Both the position numbers and the translations under genes were made by a program. Below the pieces are notes generated by a model. The model did no database searches. It saw nothing but the letters and a program-made list of their open reading frames with translations, and was not told the DNA's origin. Of a stretch of DNA of 64,000 bases, positions 1 to 12,938 are shown piece by piece (the first letter of the stretch is position 1; every line of letters begins with the position of its first letter). Source of the DNA: Lama guanicoe (Eukaryota); contig MU054187.1 of assembly GCA_013239625.1 (NCBI GenBank), positions 25,174,433 through 25,238,432 on the forward strand. The letters are read 5' to 3'.

Positions 1-3000
1 CTGCACCAATCTACACTCCCACCAACAGTGTAGGAGGGTTCTCTTTTCTCCACATCCTCTCCAGCATCTATCCTTTGTAGACTTTTTAAAGATGGCCATT
101 CTGGCTGATGTGAGGTGATATCTCATTGTAGTTTTGATCTGCGTTTCTCTGACAATTAGCAATGCTGAGCATTTTTTCATATGCTTGTTGGCCATTTGCA
201 TGTCTTTATTGGAGAATTGCTTGTTAGGTCTTCTTCCCAGTTTTGGATTGGGTTGCTTTTTTTTTTTTATTAAGTTGTATGAGCTGTTTGTATATTTTGG
301 AAATTAGTCCCTTGTCAGTCACATCATTTGCAAATATTTTCTCTCATTCTGTAGGTTGTCTTCTCATTTTGTTGATGGTTTCCTTAGCTGTGCAAAAGCT
401 TGTAAGTTTAACTAGATCCAATTTGCCTATTTTTGCTTTTATTGCCATTACTCCAGGAGCTGGTTCAAAAAATACATTGCTGTGATTTATATCCAAGAAT
501 CTTCTGCCCATGTTTTCCTCTAGAAGTTTAATATCTGGTCTTACATTTTAGTCTTTAATCCATTTTGAGTTTATTTTTGTATATAGTTAGAAAATGCTCT
601 AATTTCAGTCTTTTACAGGTAGCTGTCCAGTTTTCCCAGAATAACTTATTGAAAAGACTATCTTTTCTCTGTTTTATATTCTTGACTCCTTTGTTAAGAT
701 TAATTAACCATAAGTGTGTAGGTTTATTTCTGGATATTCTAACCCATTTCATTGATCTATGTGTCTGTGTTTGTGCCAGTACCATACTGTTTTGATTACT
801 GTAGCTTAGTAGTATAATCTGAAGTCAGAGAGAGTGTTTCCCCACAGATCCATTCTTCTTCTAGATTGTTTTGGCTATTCAGGGTTTTTTGTGTTTCCAT
901 ACAGATTTTAACATTTTCTGTTGCAGCTCTGTGAAGAATGTCACTGGTAATTTGATAGAGACTGCACTGAATCTGTATATTTGTTTGGGCAGTATGTCCA
1001 TTTTGACAATATTAATTCTTCCAATCCAAGAACATTGTATATCTTTCCATTTGTTTATGTCATCTTTGATTTCCTTCATCAGTGTCTTATAGTTTTTAGA
1101 GTACAGGTCTTTTGCTTCCTTAGGTAAGTTTATTCCTAGGTATTTTATTCTTTTTAGTGTGATAGTAAATGGTATCATTTCCTTAATTTCCCTTTTGGCT
1201 ATTTCTTTGTTAGTGTATAGAAATACAACTGATTTCTTTATATTAATTTTGTACCCTGAAACTTTACTGTATTCAATAATAGGTTCTAGTAGTTTTCTGG
1301 TCACTTTTTAAGGATTTTTCTACGTATAGTATCATGTCATCTGCAAACAGTGACAGCTTTACCTCTTCGTTTCTAACTTGAATTCCTTTTATTTCTTTTT
1401 CTTCTCTGATTGCTAGGGCTAGGGCTTCCAAAACTGTGTCAAATAAAAGTGGCAGGAATGGACATCCTTTTCTTGTTCCTGATCTTAGAGGAAATGATTT
1501 CAGTTTTTCCCCAGTAAGTATGATGTTAGCTGTGGTTTTGTCATATATGGACTTTATTATGTTGAAGTATGTTCCATCTATGCCCACTTTCTGGAGAGTT
1601 TTTTTTTTAATCATACATGGATGTTGAATTTCATCAAAAGCTTTTTCTGCAACTATTGAGAAGATCATATGGTTTTTATTCTTCAATTTGTTAGTGTAGT
1701 GTATTACATTGATTGACTTGTTGATATTGAAAAATTCCTGTATCCCTGGGATAAATCCCACTTGATCATGGTGTATGATCCTTTTAGTGCATTGTTGGAG
1801 TTGATTTGCTTGTATTTTGTCAAGGATTTTTGCATCTATATTTGTAAGTGATATTGGCCTGTGATTTCCTTTCTTGTGTGATATCTTTGGTCTTGGTATT
1901 AGGGTGATCATGGCTTCATAGAAATTGCCTGTTTCTTCTGTGTTGTTCTTTCTGTTGGCATACCATTGCTCATAGTAGCCTCTTAGAATCCCTTGTATTT
2001 CTGTGGTATTGATTGTAATGTCTCCTTTTTCATTTCTGATTTTATTAATTTGGGCCCTCTCCCTTTTTTTCTCAATGAGTCTGACTAAGGTTTATCAATT
2101 TTGTTTTTCTTTTCAAAGAATCAGATTTTAGTTTCGTTGATCTTTTCTATTTTTTTTTTAGTCTATTTCATTGATTTCTGTTCTAATATTTATGACTTCT
2201 TTTCTTCTAACTTTGGAGTTTATTTGTTCTTTCTCCAGCTGCTTTAGGTGTAAGGTTAGGTTGTTTACCTGAGATTTTTCTTGTTTCCTGAGGTAGGCTT
2301 GTATCTCTATAAATTTCCCTCTGAGAATTGCTTTTACTGTGATCCAGAGGTTTTGGATCATTGTGTTTTCATTTTTATTTGTCTCAAAGTATTTTTTTAT
2401 TTCCTCTTTGATTTCTTCAGTGATCTATTGGTTGTTTAGTAGCATATTGTTTAGCCTCCAAGTGTTTGCAGTTTTTGCAGTTTTTTTCTTGTACTTGATT
2501 TCTAACCTTATAGCATTGTGATCAGAAAAGATGCCTGGTATGATTTCAGTTTTCTTATATTTGCTGTGGCTGTCTTTGTGGGCCAGCATGTTGCATGTGT
2601 ACTTAAGAAGAATGTGTATTCTCTTGCTTTTGGATGTAATGCTCTATAGATATCAATTAAGTCCCTCTGGTCTAATGTGTTATTTCATTAGGATCTGTAT
2701 TTCCTTATTGATTTTCTGTCTGGATGATCTGTCCATTGATGTAAGTGGGGTTTAAGTTCCTCCACTCTTATTGTATTATTGTCGATTTCTCCTTTTACAT
2801 CTGTTAACAATTGCCTTATATATTGAGGTGCTCCTAGGTTGGATGCATATATATTTACAATTGTTATATCCTCTTCTAGGATTGATCCCTTAAGCATTAT
2901 GCAGTGTCCTTTGTCTCTTGTAACAATCTTTATTTTAAAATCTATTTTGTTTGATATAAGTACTGCTACTCCAGCTTTCTTTTGGTGTCTATTTGCATGG

Positions 3001-5645
3001 AATATCTTTTTCCATCCTCTTACTTTCAGCCTGCATGGATCTCTAGTTCTGAAGTGGGTCACTTGTAGACAGCATATATTTGGGTCTTGTTTTTGTATTC
3101 ATTCAGCCAGTCCGCGTCTTTTGGTTGGAGCATTTAATCCATTTACATTTAAGGTAATTATCAATATGTATGTTCTTACTGCCACTTTGTTGTTTTGGGT
3201 TTGTTTATGTAGGTCTTTTTTTTTTCTCTTTCTTCTTTTTGTTCTCTTTTCTTCTGCTTTGATGACTAGAGAAGTTCCTTTAACATTTGTTGTACAACTG
3301 GTTGAGAGGTGATGAATTCTTTTAGCTTTTGCTTATCTGTGAAGCTTTTGATTTTTCCATCAATTCTGAATTAGAGCCTTGCTGGATAGAGTATTCTTGA
3401 TTGTAAGTTTTCCCCTTTCATCACATTAAATATATTGTGCCACTCCTTTCTGGCCTGAAGGATTTCTGCTGAAAAATCAGCTGATAACCTTATGGGAGTT
3501 CCATTGTATGTTATTTGTTGCTTTTCTCTTGCTGACTTTAATATTCTCTCTCTCTCTGTAATTTTTGTCAATTTGATTACTATGTGCCTTGGTATGTTCC
3601 TCTTTGGGTTGATCCTGTGTGGGACTCTCTGTGTTTCCTGGACTTGGTTGACTGTTAGGAAAGTTTTTGTTTATTACTTCTTCAAAAATTTTCTCAGGTC
3701 TTTTTTAGATTCCACATATGAACGATCTCATATGGTATTTTTCTTTCTCTGGCTTACTTCACTTAGAATGACATTCTCCAGGAGCATCCATGTTGCTGCA
3801 AATGGCATTATGTTGTCAGTTTTTATGGCTGAATAGTATTCCATTGTATAAATATACCACCTCTTCTTTATCCAGTCACCTGTTGATGGACATTTAGGCT
3901 GTTTCCATGTCTTGGCTATTGTAAATAGTTCTGCTATGAACATTGGGGTGCAGGTGTCATTTTGACAATGAATATATATATGTTCATGTACAACTGAAAA
4001 ATTGTGCTCTACACTGGAATTTGACACATTGTAAAATGATTATAAATCAATAAAAAATGTTAAAAAATTTTTTCTCAGGTCCTTTCTCTCTCTCTTTGCT
4101 TTCTGGGACCCCTATAATGTGAATATTAGTGTGCTTCATGTTGTCTCAAAGTTCTCTCAAACTATCCTGATTTCTTTTCATTCTTTTTTCTTTTTTTTTT
4201 TTTTTTTTTTTTTTTCTGTTCTACAGTAGTGATTTCCACTAATCTGTCTTCTAGCTCACTGATCTATTCTTATGCCTCATTTAGTGTATTCTTGGTTCCT
4301 TGTAGTGTGTTATTCATTTTAGTGATTTTATTCTTCAGCTCTGGGTATTCTTTATATTTTCCAACTCTTTGATAAAAAACATTGCTCTGTGCATCTATGC
4401 TCCTCTTGAGTTCTCTGAACATCTTCACCATCATTATTCTAAACTCTTAGATAAATTGCCTATCTCGTCATCACTTATTTCTTCTGGAATTTTATCCTGT
4501 GCCTTGTCCTGGAAGATATTCTTCTGCTACCTCATCTTGTTTGCCTTTCTGTTTGTATCTTTACATAGGTTAGTTACATTTCTTGACCTTGGAAAAGTTG
4601 CCCTCTGTTGGAGACATCCTATGCATCCTAGCACTACACCCTTCTCTTGTCATGCAAGGGCCAGGGTCTAGCTGGTCCCAGTGTAGATTCTGACATGTGT
4701 TTGTGGATTCCTTCCACATGCTTTTAGATTGTTGTTTTATTATTTCTAGTATCTGCCCCCTGATGGATGAGGCTGGACTAAAGTCTTATGCAGGTTTCCT
4801 GGCTGGAGGAGCAGGTGCCTGCCCACTGCTGGGTGAAGCTTGGTCCTGGACCTCTCTGGTGGGTAGGACTGTGCCTAGGGGCATTTGTGGCTCAGGAACT
4901 CTGCCAGTGGGTGGGGCTGTAGTCCCATCCAGTATGTTGTTTGGCCTGAGGCTTTCCAGCCCTTAAGGGTACAGGCTGTTGGATTTGGCTAGGTCTTGGT
5001 GCTAATCATCCAATCAAGATATCAACCTCCAGGAAAGCTCATGTAGATGAATTCTCCTGGAATGTCTGCCACCAGCTTTTATGTTCTCTGGGTGAGCCAC
5101 AGCTGTCTCCTACCTCCCCAGGAGAACTTCCAAAGCCAGCAGGCAGGTCTGGCCCAGGTATCTATGAAATCATTTTCTCTGCCCCGGATTTGGTGCATGT
5201 GTGATCCCAAGCATGCTTCCCAAGAGTATGAAGTCTCTGTCTCCTCCAGTCCCATGGGGCTTCTGAAGTTAGCCCCTCTGTCCTTCAAAACCAAATGTCC
5301 TGGGGTCTCCTCCTCCCAATACCAGAACTCTGGGCTGTGGAGCCTGATGTGGGACTCAGAATTGTCACTACTATGGGAGAGCCTCTGGGAATTAATTGTT
5401 CTTCAGCTTGTGAGTCACTCACCCAGAGTGTATGGGGCCCAATTATATCAAGAGCATGTCCCTCCTATCTTCCTGCTGTGGTTCCCTCTTTATGTTTCCA
5501 GTTGAAGCAGATCTTTTTTTTTTTTTTTTTTGCTAGGCTCCAGTCTTTGTTCTTGATGACTATTCAGCATTCAGTTCTGGTTTTGTTGTGATCATAAGGA
5601 GAAGTGAGCTCATGGTCCTACTATTCTGCCATTTTGACCAGAAAT
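1..5645 (-). mobile_element. Decayed near-full-length LINE-1 (5'UTR, ORF1 remnant, ORF2 endonuclease/RT); 3' end runs off the window
   Basis: Minus-strand ORF fragments match L1 proteins: endonuclease (2688-3062: LKVRGWKKIFHAN..KAGVAVLIS..IVNIYASN), RT (1273-1911: [22 protein letters not shown]), post-RT (879-1304) and ORF1 C-terminus (3371-3571: ERILKSAREKQQITYNGTPIRLSADFS). L1-type 5' start (minus: GGTCAAAATGGCAGAATAG) at ~5621-5639. Many stops, frameshifts and internal deletions. Confidence 0.95.
3701..4062 (+). mobile_element. Younger 5'-inverted L1 3' fragment nested in the older L1
   Basis: 3701-3963 is antisense L1 3' sequence. 3963-4062 is sense L1 3' terminus ending in AATAAA and an A-tail. 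Flanked by aaaaattttctcaggtc (3684-3700) and aaaaattttttctcaggtc (4063-4081). Confidence 0.85.
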
Positions 5646-6844
5646 CTAACAAGTGTTCATTCTTTAGAAACTGACTGCCCCATGCTGTACCACATGTTGA
5701 AGATATAGTGAAACTCAAAATAAAGTTTTACTCCCAGCCTCTGCCTAAAATGGGCTCCTTTACCTGGGCCCAGAGTCCGTGTTTGAACTTATTAATAACC
5801 AGATAAATAATTCAGGACCTAACTTATTGCCACCATAGACATAGGACATATAACATCTGTGGAATAAAATGGAGGCCAGGAAGTACAAAAGGAGAGAAGA
5901 GATGCACTGAAAGAAATGATTAGAGCTGGACACACTTATCCTTCTGTTATTCTTTCCTAATTTTCCAGAAAGGTCTCTATGACCTCACAGCATATAGAAG
6001 ATACAGATCATTCATCCCCAATGTTACTGTGACATTACTTCCCCAAACATGGGCCCCAAGACTGAGAAAGATATATACAGAATAGAGGAAGAAAAAGATT
6101 ATGAAAGGCAAAAGAAAATAGAGTTAGGAAAAGGCCAGCTACTTTGACACATTTCTTTTGAAAGAGGCAAAAGTTCAGTATGGAGCAGTAGAACATTTGT
6201 TAATGTCCAGTTTTGTTTTTAATTTTTTTTAAGTTTAATTTTGTGGACATTTCTGCCTATTCTTGTGTGGTTATCTTGGCCAGTTCTTTTATGTAATTTG
6301 CTTTTTAGTAGATATAGCTTTATGAAATAACTAGCTTCACAATATATTTATCTTTTTTTTCTTTAAGAAATTGCCTTTGATTTTGATTGCATAAGAGTTA
6401 GGTGAGGTACTAAAAGAAGTTAAAAAGCTCACACAAATTGGAAATGAAAAAAACCAGAAGTTGTAATCATTCTCCTCATCTTTGGAAAGACCTCAGAGAG
6501 CAAGCAGTTTCAACTTAACTGAAGGCTATTATGATGAACACTCCAGAAAAAGAATTAGTTTTTATCCAATTCTATCCTTTTTTCTGACAGGTACATTTTT
6601 TTCCAAAGCCCACTTCAAAATCAAGTGGATATTTTTAACATACTTCTCAGTTCTATCAGAGTAAATAAAATAAATACTTGAATAAGTGGGCCAATTTTTA
6701 ATAAGAGGTGGAAGACATGACAATAAAAATGAGATACTTGAAAAATCATTATATCTGATATTTCATCATCCATTAAATTTTGTAGTAAGTTATACAAATC
6801 ACCTACTGAGTGTCACATACTGCAATACTGAGGCCAGAATGACT

Positions 6845-7092
6845 GCTAATACTAATATAGATGCTACGCAAGTTCTAAGTACTTTATAAATATGTATGGA
6901 TTTACTTAATCCTGACAATGCTGTGAAGTAAGTTTTCTTACTATCCCCACTCAGACATGAGGCCACTGAGGCACAGAGAGGTTAGGTAACTTCCATGAAG
7001 TCACACAGTTAAAAAGTAGCAGCACTGGGATTTGAACCCAGGTACTTTGGCCTCAGTGTCTGGCACTTAGTTACCAGTCAATACTACTACCT
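6845..7092 (-). mobile_element. MIR SINE
   Basis: Reverse complement of the MIR core (actgaggcacagagaggttaggtaactt..gtcacacag..gggatttgaacccagg). Confidence 0.85.
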
Positions 7093-7094
7093 CC

Positions 7095-7730
7095 ATTGAA
7101 GCAGAACAAGTTAGTCATGAAAATGGAAAATCTATCATCTCTGCTCTTCAGGAAATTATACTTTCTTGAAAGACAACTAAAATGCATAATTACAGTGCAG
7201 CATGGTAAAAACTATCAGTGTGGTGAGCAGAGGTTCTTACAAGAGCAGCAAGAAGGGCATCAGACCCTGTCAAGGGCAAATGGTGAATGAGAAACAGGAG
7301 TTAAGCAAGCAAATAGGGGAGTAGGGCTAGTGTTTCAAGTGTGAAAGAAGCATTTGCAAAGACACTGAAGTAATAAACCCAGAAGATTCTGGTAAGAAAA
7401 ATAAATAATTCAGAAAGGCTACAATAAAGATAGAGTCTGGCAGCTCTGAGAGATGATGGAGCTTGAGAATTAAGCAGTTTCCAGATCACTGAGGAATGTT
7501 GTAAACCATGCTGAGGAGTATAGGTGTTCTGAAAATTACTGCTACCAGCCTTTGGAGGATTTTACACAACGATGTGATTCAATTCAATTTCCCTGCAGAC
7601 TGTGTAACAGTCACTTAGAAAAACAATCCCTCAGTAGTGTGGACAACTTGTTGTAAAGGGCTGAGTGGAGAAATACAGGAAGATACTAGAATATTTTTGT
7701 AATAATTATGGGGGAAATGATGAGGGCATT
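7095..7730 (-). mobile_element. L2 LINE 3' region, interrupted by the MIR (its tail lies at ~6790-6840)
   Basis: Purine-rich L2-like tract with typical motifs (ctgctcttcaggaaattatac; ttgtaaaccatgctgaggag; aaatgatgagggc). Recognised by eye. Confidence 0.5.
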
Positions 7731-10450
7731 AAGTCTTTAAAGTCTTACTTTCCAGCTAGGTTGTTGAAAAGGGACCTTTCCATGCTAGAGGCCCTTATTT
7801 CTTGTGTGTGTGTTTTTTTTCAATTACTTATGCTAAAATTTTTCTTTTCATTTTCTAAATAATGAAATTTACTTCACATAAAATTTTTCTTATAAGTAGG
7901 TCAGTGGTTTTATCTTGATGGTGATATGGATAGTCAAGTATCTAGATTTTATGTACCAAACACATAACTTTTGTTTAAGTTGAAATATTCTTAAAGGGTT
8001 TTTTTGACATCCAATTAGTGTGAAAAAAAGAATTGTAATAGGAATTCAAATAGTAATCTAAAGAGATAAAGTATTATAATATTCAAAAACAGGGACCAAA
8101 TTCTCAATTTTTGAGAATTAAATATAGAAAAAACTCATGGTTAGGGGAAAGCAGATTGCATCACTATCCTATAGGTCAGCTTATCCACTCTTTCCTTTTT
8201 ATTTGTTCTGGATTCACAGTAGACTTCCACTGGTTTGTACTTACATCTTCAAGGCAGAAAAAGTTTCTCTCTTGACTAAATTGACTCCATTGTAGGAAAA
8301 CGCTATGCGTTTTTTTTTTTTTCCATGCTGTGATGCTCTTTGAGAAGAGGGAGAAATGTTATGGCTATTGCATACAGAGCAGAATTCCTTAAACTTCTCA
8401 AAATAGCAGTTTTAAAATGAGGGAAGGTTCACGTGAAGAGTTGTGCTCTGACAGTAAATGCAATTTACTTGGTGGTGTCTTAGTCAGGTAGTATCTGTTT
8501 TTATATCACAAATGACATAACCAATGCCTATGATCTAAGTGTCTTCCTAAATGTCCAATATTACCCAAGAATGCTGGGGGGGGGAAACTAGCCATGAAGC
8601 TCAGGATTGTCCTATTTTATATCAGTCTACCTATAACTTAGTCAAGTCCTTATTGTCCTAGCAATTATAGTCATTTGTTTCTCCTAATTATTTTGGAACA
8701 GTAATGCCTAGTTTGTTCAGTAAAAGTCATTCACCTGAAGAAACTTGTGCTCAAGTCCTTTGTGGCATTTTTGAGTGATCTTCACTGTGTGTTCTTCTAA
8801 CTTTGGCATTCATTTTGTATTCTAATATTTTATAGAGGTTATGTTTCCAGCATTGGGTATAAACATGAAGAAAATCATTTCTTATAAAACCTGAGTTCAG
8901 TGACCAGGCCACTCATTAAGAAATCAGGTAAAAGCAGATGGAAATGCTGGTAATTAGGATTTTAATAATAATTAAACCACCATAGGGAGCATGAGAAATA
9001 TAAGCAGATTTCTTATAAAGACCATCATGTAGGTCACAGAGTGTAAGCTAAGCTCATGTTCCTGAATGAGAGAATCTTGTTAACACTATAATTTAACTAA
9101 TACATAAAATTGGGTCACAATCAGAGGGTTTCATAAGATTTTCTCCTTGAAGTCCTAAAACAAATGCTGCTAGAACCCATATCACTGACTCCTTTGTGTA
9201 GAAGAGCAAGAGTCTGCAGCTGATTGGATGCGATGCTTTGCCCAAATCTGCATTTCTAATGGCTGTCAAAATAAATAGGTAACGCCTGAGAAGCTCTTGC
9301 CTCACATGACTGTGAGCAAGAGTTTCAGCCAGTACTGACCAGTTTGTAAGTGGACATTAAGATTGGCCCAAACTGAGGTTCTGCTGGGTCCAGTGTAGCA
9401 GGGAATCATATTGAGCCATCAGTTAGCAAATCCATCTCATTCAAATGACAGTGCTCACTGCTTCCTAAGATGTCCAGAGATCTCAGTGGGCAGCCTACTA
9501 TGTATCTGTGTCAGGGATGTGGAACCTGTTGACGCCACACTTCAGAACACTTTCACTCTGACAATTCAGCATGGTCTTTTCCCAGAATAATCTGAAATAT
9601 ACAAAGGGAGCCACTTTTGGAATCCCATAAAGGGTAAATTCACTTTTTCTTTTCTCTTGTTCCAGTTTCAGAGCAGGAAGTTCTCAGCATATACAGAAGT
9701 GTGGAAGAGAATAAACTCTTCATGATTAAAACTTCACTCACTGATTTTTACTTTTGCTTGTTTTCAAAATACTCAGTCAAATTTTCAAGAGACAAACTCC
9801 AACTTGATATCATTCTTAGATTTTAGCATGCCCTAGATTTTAAATATAAATTGGGTTACTATACTCATATTCTCTGCAACATAAAACCTGCTTTATACAC
9901 TTAACAATATCTTAAACATAATAACAATGTCTTATGTTTGTAAAATGTCTAATTCTTTTCAAAATGTCCTTACATACATTGTTTTAAATGACTCTTAACT
10001 CTCACCTTTCAAAAATTAAAAATTAGGCAGATAGGCCAGGCACTAATATTTCCAAAAAAAAAAAAAATAGAAGAATATACAGATGTGTAAAGGGGTTACA
10101 TGACATATAACTGAGCTGTAAATGGCAAAGCCAGCCCTGGATTTTATGCTTTTTACTAACTCAAACATTATTCCTTTTAACATTTTCATCTTTAATAAAT
10201 TCTTAAATATGTGTCTGCTGAGGTAAACATATTTGCAGAAGCAGTATCTTTTTTCTGTTAAAAGATAGCCAAGGCTTTTTTTTTTCCAATTCTGTGTCTT
10301 AATTCTGCAAACTTCTTTCTGAATTTTGAATTCAGAATTCTGAATACCTGTTTCAGCTTTCTTATTTTCTATTGAAATTGTCTTACTTTGCTGCAAGATC
10401 CCAATATTTTTACTGATAAAATACCCTTGTTGATTCATGGATTACTAAGC

Positions 10451-10767
10451 TTTTTTTTTTTATTTAGTTATAGTCAGTTTACAATGTTGTGTCAGTTTCC
10501 AGTGTAGAGCAGTTTTCAGTTATACATGAACATACATGTATTCATTGTCACATTCTTTTTCACTGTGAGCTACCACAAAAACTTGTATATATTTCCCTGT
10601 GCTATACAGCATAATCTTGTTTATCTATTCTACATATGCCTGTCAGTATTTACAAATTTTGAACCCCCAGTTTGTTCCTTCCCACCCTTCTTCCCCCAGG
10701 CAACCACAAGTTTGTATTCTATGTTTATTAGTCTGTTTCTGTTTTGTACTTATGTTCATTTCTTTCC

Positions 10768-10814
<47 letters not shown>

Positions 10815-10960
10815 TTTCTTTCTTCTTTTCCACATATGAGCTGTCTCATATGGTATTTTTCTTTCTCTTTCTGGCTTACTTCACTTAGAATGACATTCTC
10901 CAGGGACATCCATGTTGCTGCAAATGGTGTTATGTTGTCATTTTTCATGGCTGAATAGTA
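10451..10960 (-). mobile_element. 5'-truncated young L1 3' end (~510 bp) with internal (TTTC)n
   Basis: Poly-T at 10451. ORF2 C-terminus YYSAMKNDNITPFAATWMSLENVILSEVSQ (ORF 10643-10993). TSD atggattactaag (10437-10449) / atggattagtaag (10961-10973). Confidence 0.92.
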
Positions 10961-10974
10961 ATGGATTAGTAAGA

Positions 10975-11140
10975 TCTTAAAAATTCTCTTCACAAGAAAA
11001 GAAAATGTGTAACAATGTGTGTGGTGATAGATGTTACACCTAGATTTATTATGGTGATTGCAAAATATATGTGTACCAAACCATTATGTTATATTCATGA
11101 ATATATATATAGTGTTATATACATATATCAGTTAAAAAGA
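10975..11140 (+). mobile_element. Old L1 (L1M-type) 3' terminus
   Basis: tcttaaaaattctcttcacaagaaaa..tgtggtgatagatgtta..accattatgttata resembles L1M 3' ends. Confidence 0.55.
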
Positions 11141-11814
11141 CAATAAAAATGAATCTTTTGAGAGAATGAATTTCCTTTTTATCCTGGCTTTCTATACTAC
11201 CTGTGCCTATTGCTTCTAGGAAGACTATCAATCTTTGTCCAGAAAATGATGTTGGTTCTTCCCAGTTTATATTTATTACATTTCAAAATTGAGTTTCTCC
11301 TTTGTCCATGTTGGCATGTCAATGACTTAATTTTACCCTATTTAGTATTCTAAGATATATTTTCTTTCTTCTTAGTTGTGCAGGCTGTTCCATATTTGAT
11401 CAACCACTAGCTTTATGTATGTGTTGCCCTTTTTAATATTTGATACTGTATATTTCTAATAAAGTTAATCTTAAGTTATAGGTTGCAGGTATCATTATCT
11501 ATTTTGCTTGATGTATTACTTTGATAAAGGAAGGATTTTTAATAACTTGGCATAAGCTAGGAAGAATATGCCTTTTAAGACAAAATAGTGATTTATTATT
11601 CCATAAAAGTATGAACTAAGATGTTTACAAATAAAGTTTAGGCATTAAACATTTCTGTACTTCACTGGGGAAAAAAAAGAAATAAAGTTTAGTTTTGTTT
11701 TAGGCCAGGATTTTTCACCAGTTTAAATAGTTATTTAATGTCTTCCCAGTGGAAAGAGAGATGAGAAATCTAGTAAAAAACAGTACAAATACAACACTTG
11801 AATTTTACTATGTT

Positions 11815-12938
11815 AATGTCACGATGACTTATTAAAAATGTGTTCATGAGGGGCTGTTTTTATGTGGGAGATTCCTTGTGCAGACTTTTGAGTCTAAAAT
11901 CTTTGTTGCAAAGATATTCTTGTTATAGATGGGGGCCACAGCTTTCCTCCATGTGTGCTAGCTGCCATCCCTTGATTTTTGGTGTGATTGGTTTTGTGTT
12001 ATCCAGAGCCTGCGCTGCACATTGAGCAGGGCCTCCTCTTGCCTGTGGTTGTTACAGCCCTGGCGGGGACTGGGTCTGCTCTCCAGTTGTTGGAGTAGGA
12101 GCCTGGGATCTGCTTCTGCTCTGCTGTGTTTGGTAGGTGGGACTGGAGTGCTTCACTGGGGAAGATACCGCTGTGTCCATCCAGCAGGATGTGCCCTCAG
12201 TGATGCTTTCTGTCCCCTGTTACGGGGGCTCACAGAGCTTGTTATCTACTGGGCCTTTATGTTCAAGGAATCCACTGTGTGTTCACAGCAAAGAAATCGC
12301 TATGACAATGTTCCTCTCCTCCCTTCACCAAAGTGCATTAAACAATAGAGATTTTACTGCCAAACCACACTCTGTAGGCAGCATTTGCCATGCCCTTCAT
12401 TTGTGCATACCAACAGTGGAAATTTTTATGGAAGGCCTAGGCTTTTTTTCACAGTCACCATCTCCGCTCATACACTCCAGACCCCCAAGGCTACCTCAGT
12501 GCAGTCAATCCTCGTCCTCTCCCTGGATCTGTCCTTTGGAGCCCATGCTCCAGCATCTAGTCCCCACACACAGCAGCCAGCTCACATCGCAGGCTTGGAA
12601 CCACATAGACTCTCTGTGCCAGTTTCTCTCTGTTCTGTCTGCCACAAAACAGCTCTTCTGAGCCTCTGAAACTCCTCTTCTATCCAAGCTAACCTCTCCA
12701 CTGGAGAGGGGGCTTCCTAGGGTGAGGGCACTTTTCCTCTGTCACTGGTCCCTCCCCGAAGGGCAGGTGTCATCCGGATTTCCTATTTCTTTTTTGTGTG
12801 ATGTTTTGTGATGATTTTTCTTACAGTTTCACTTGTACAAGATGTTCTGCCAGAGTTCAGTAGGTAGTCCATAAGAATTCTTTCATGTGGGAGAGGCGTA
12901 GATCCACATCCTTCTATCCTGCCATCCTGAGGCCCTTC
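11815..12938 (-). mobile_element. Isolated L1 5'UTR-like segment
   Basis: GC-richer block ending in ccttctatcctgccatcctga (minus: CAGGATGGCAGGATAG, an L1 5' start). Resembles the L1 5' termini at ~5600, ~47410 and ~52990. No ORF1/ORF2 follows. Confidence 0.65.

Noticed and set aside
4369..5591. Cluster of 90-150 aa plus-strand ORFs (similar cluster at 11840-12687)
   Set aside because: They lie antisense within GC-richer L1 5'UTR/ORF1 sequence and show no coherent protein signal.
1..5645. Active or intact L1
   Set aside because: ORF1 and ORF2 are broken by many stops, frameshifts, deletions and a nested insertion.
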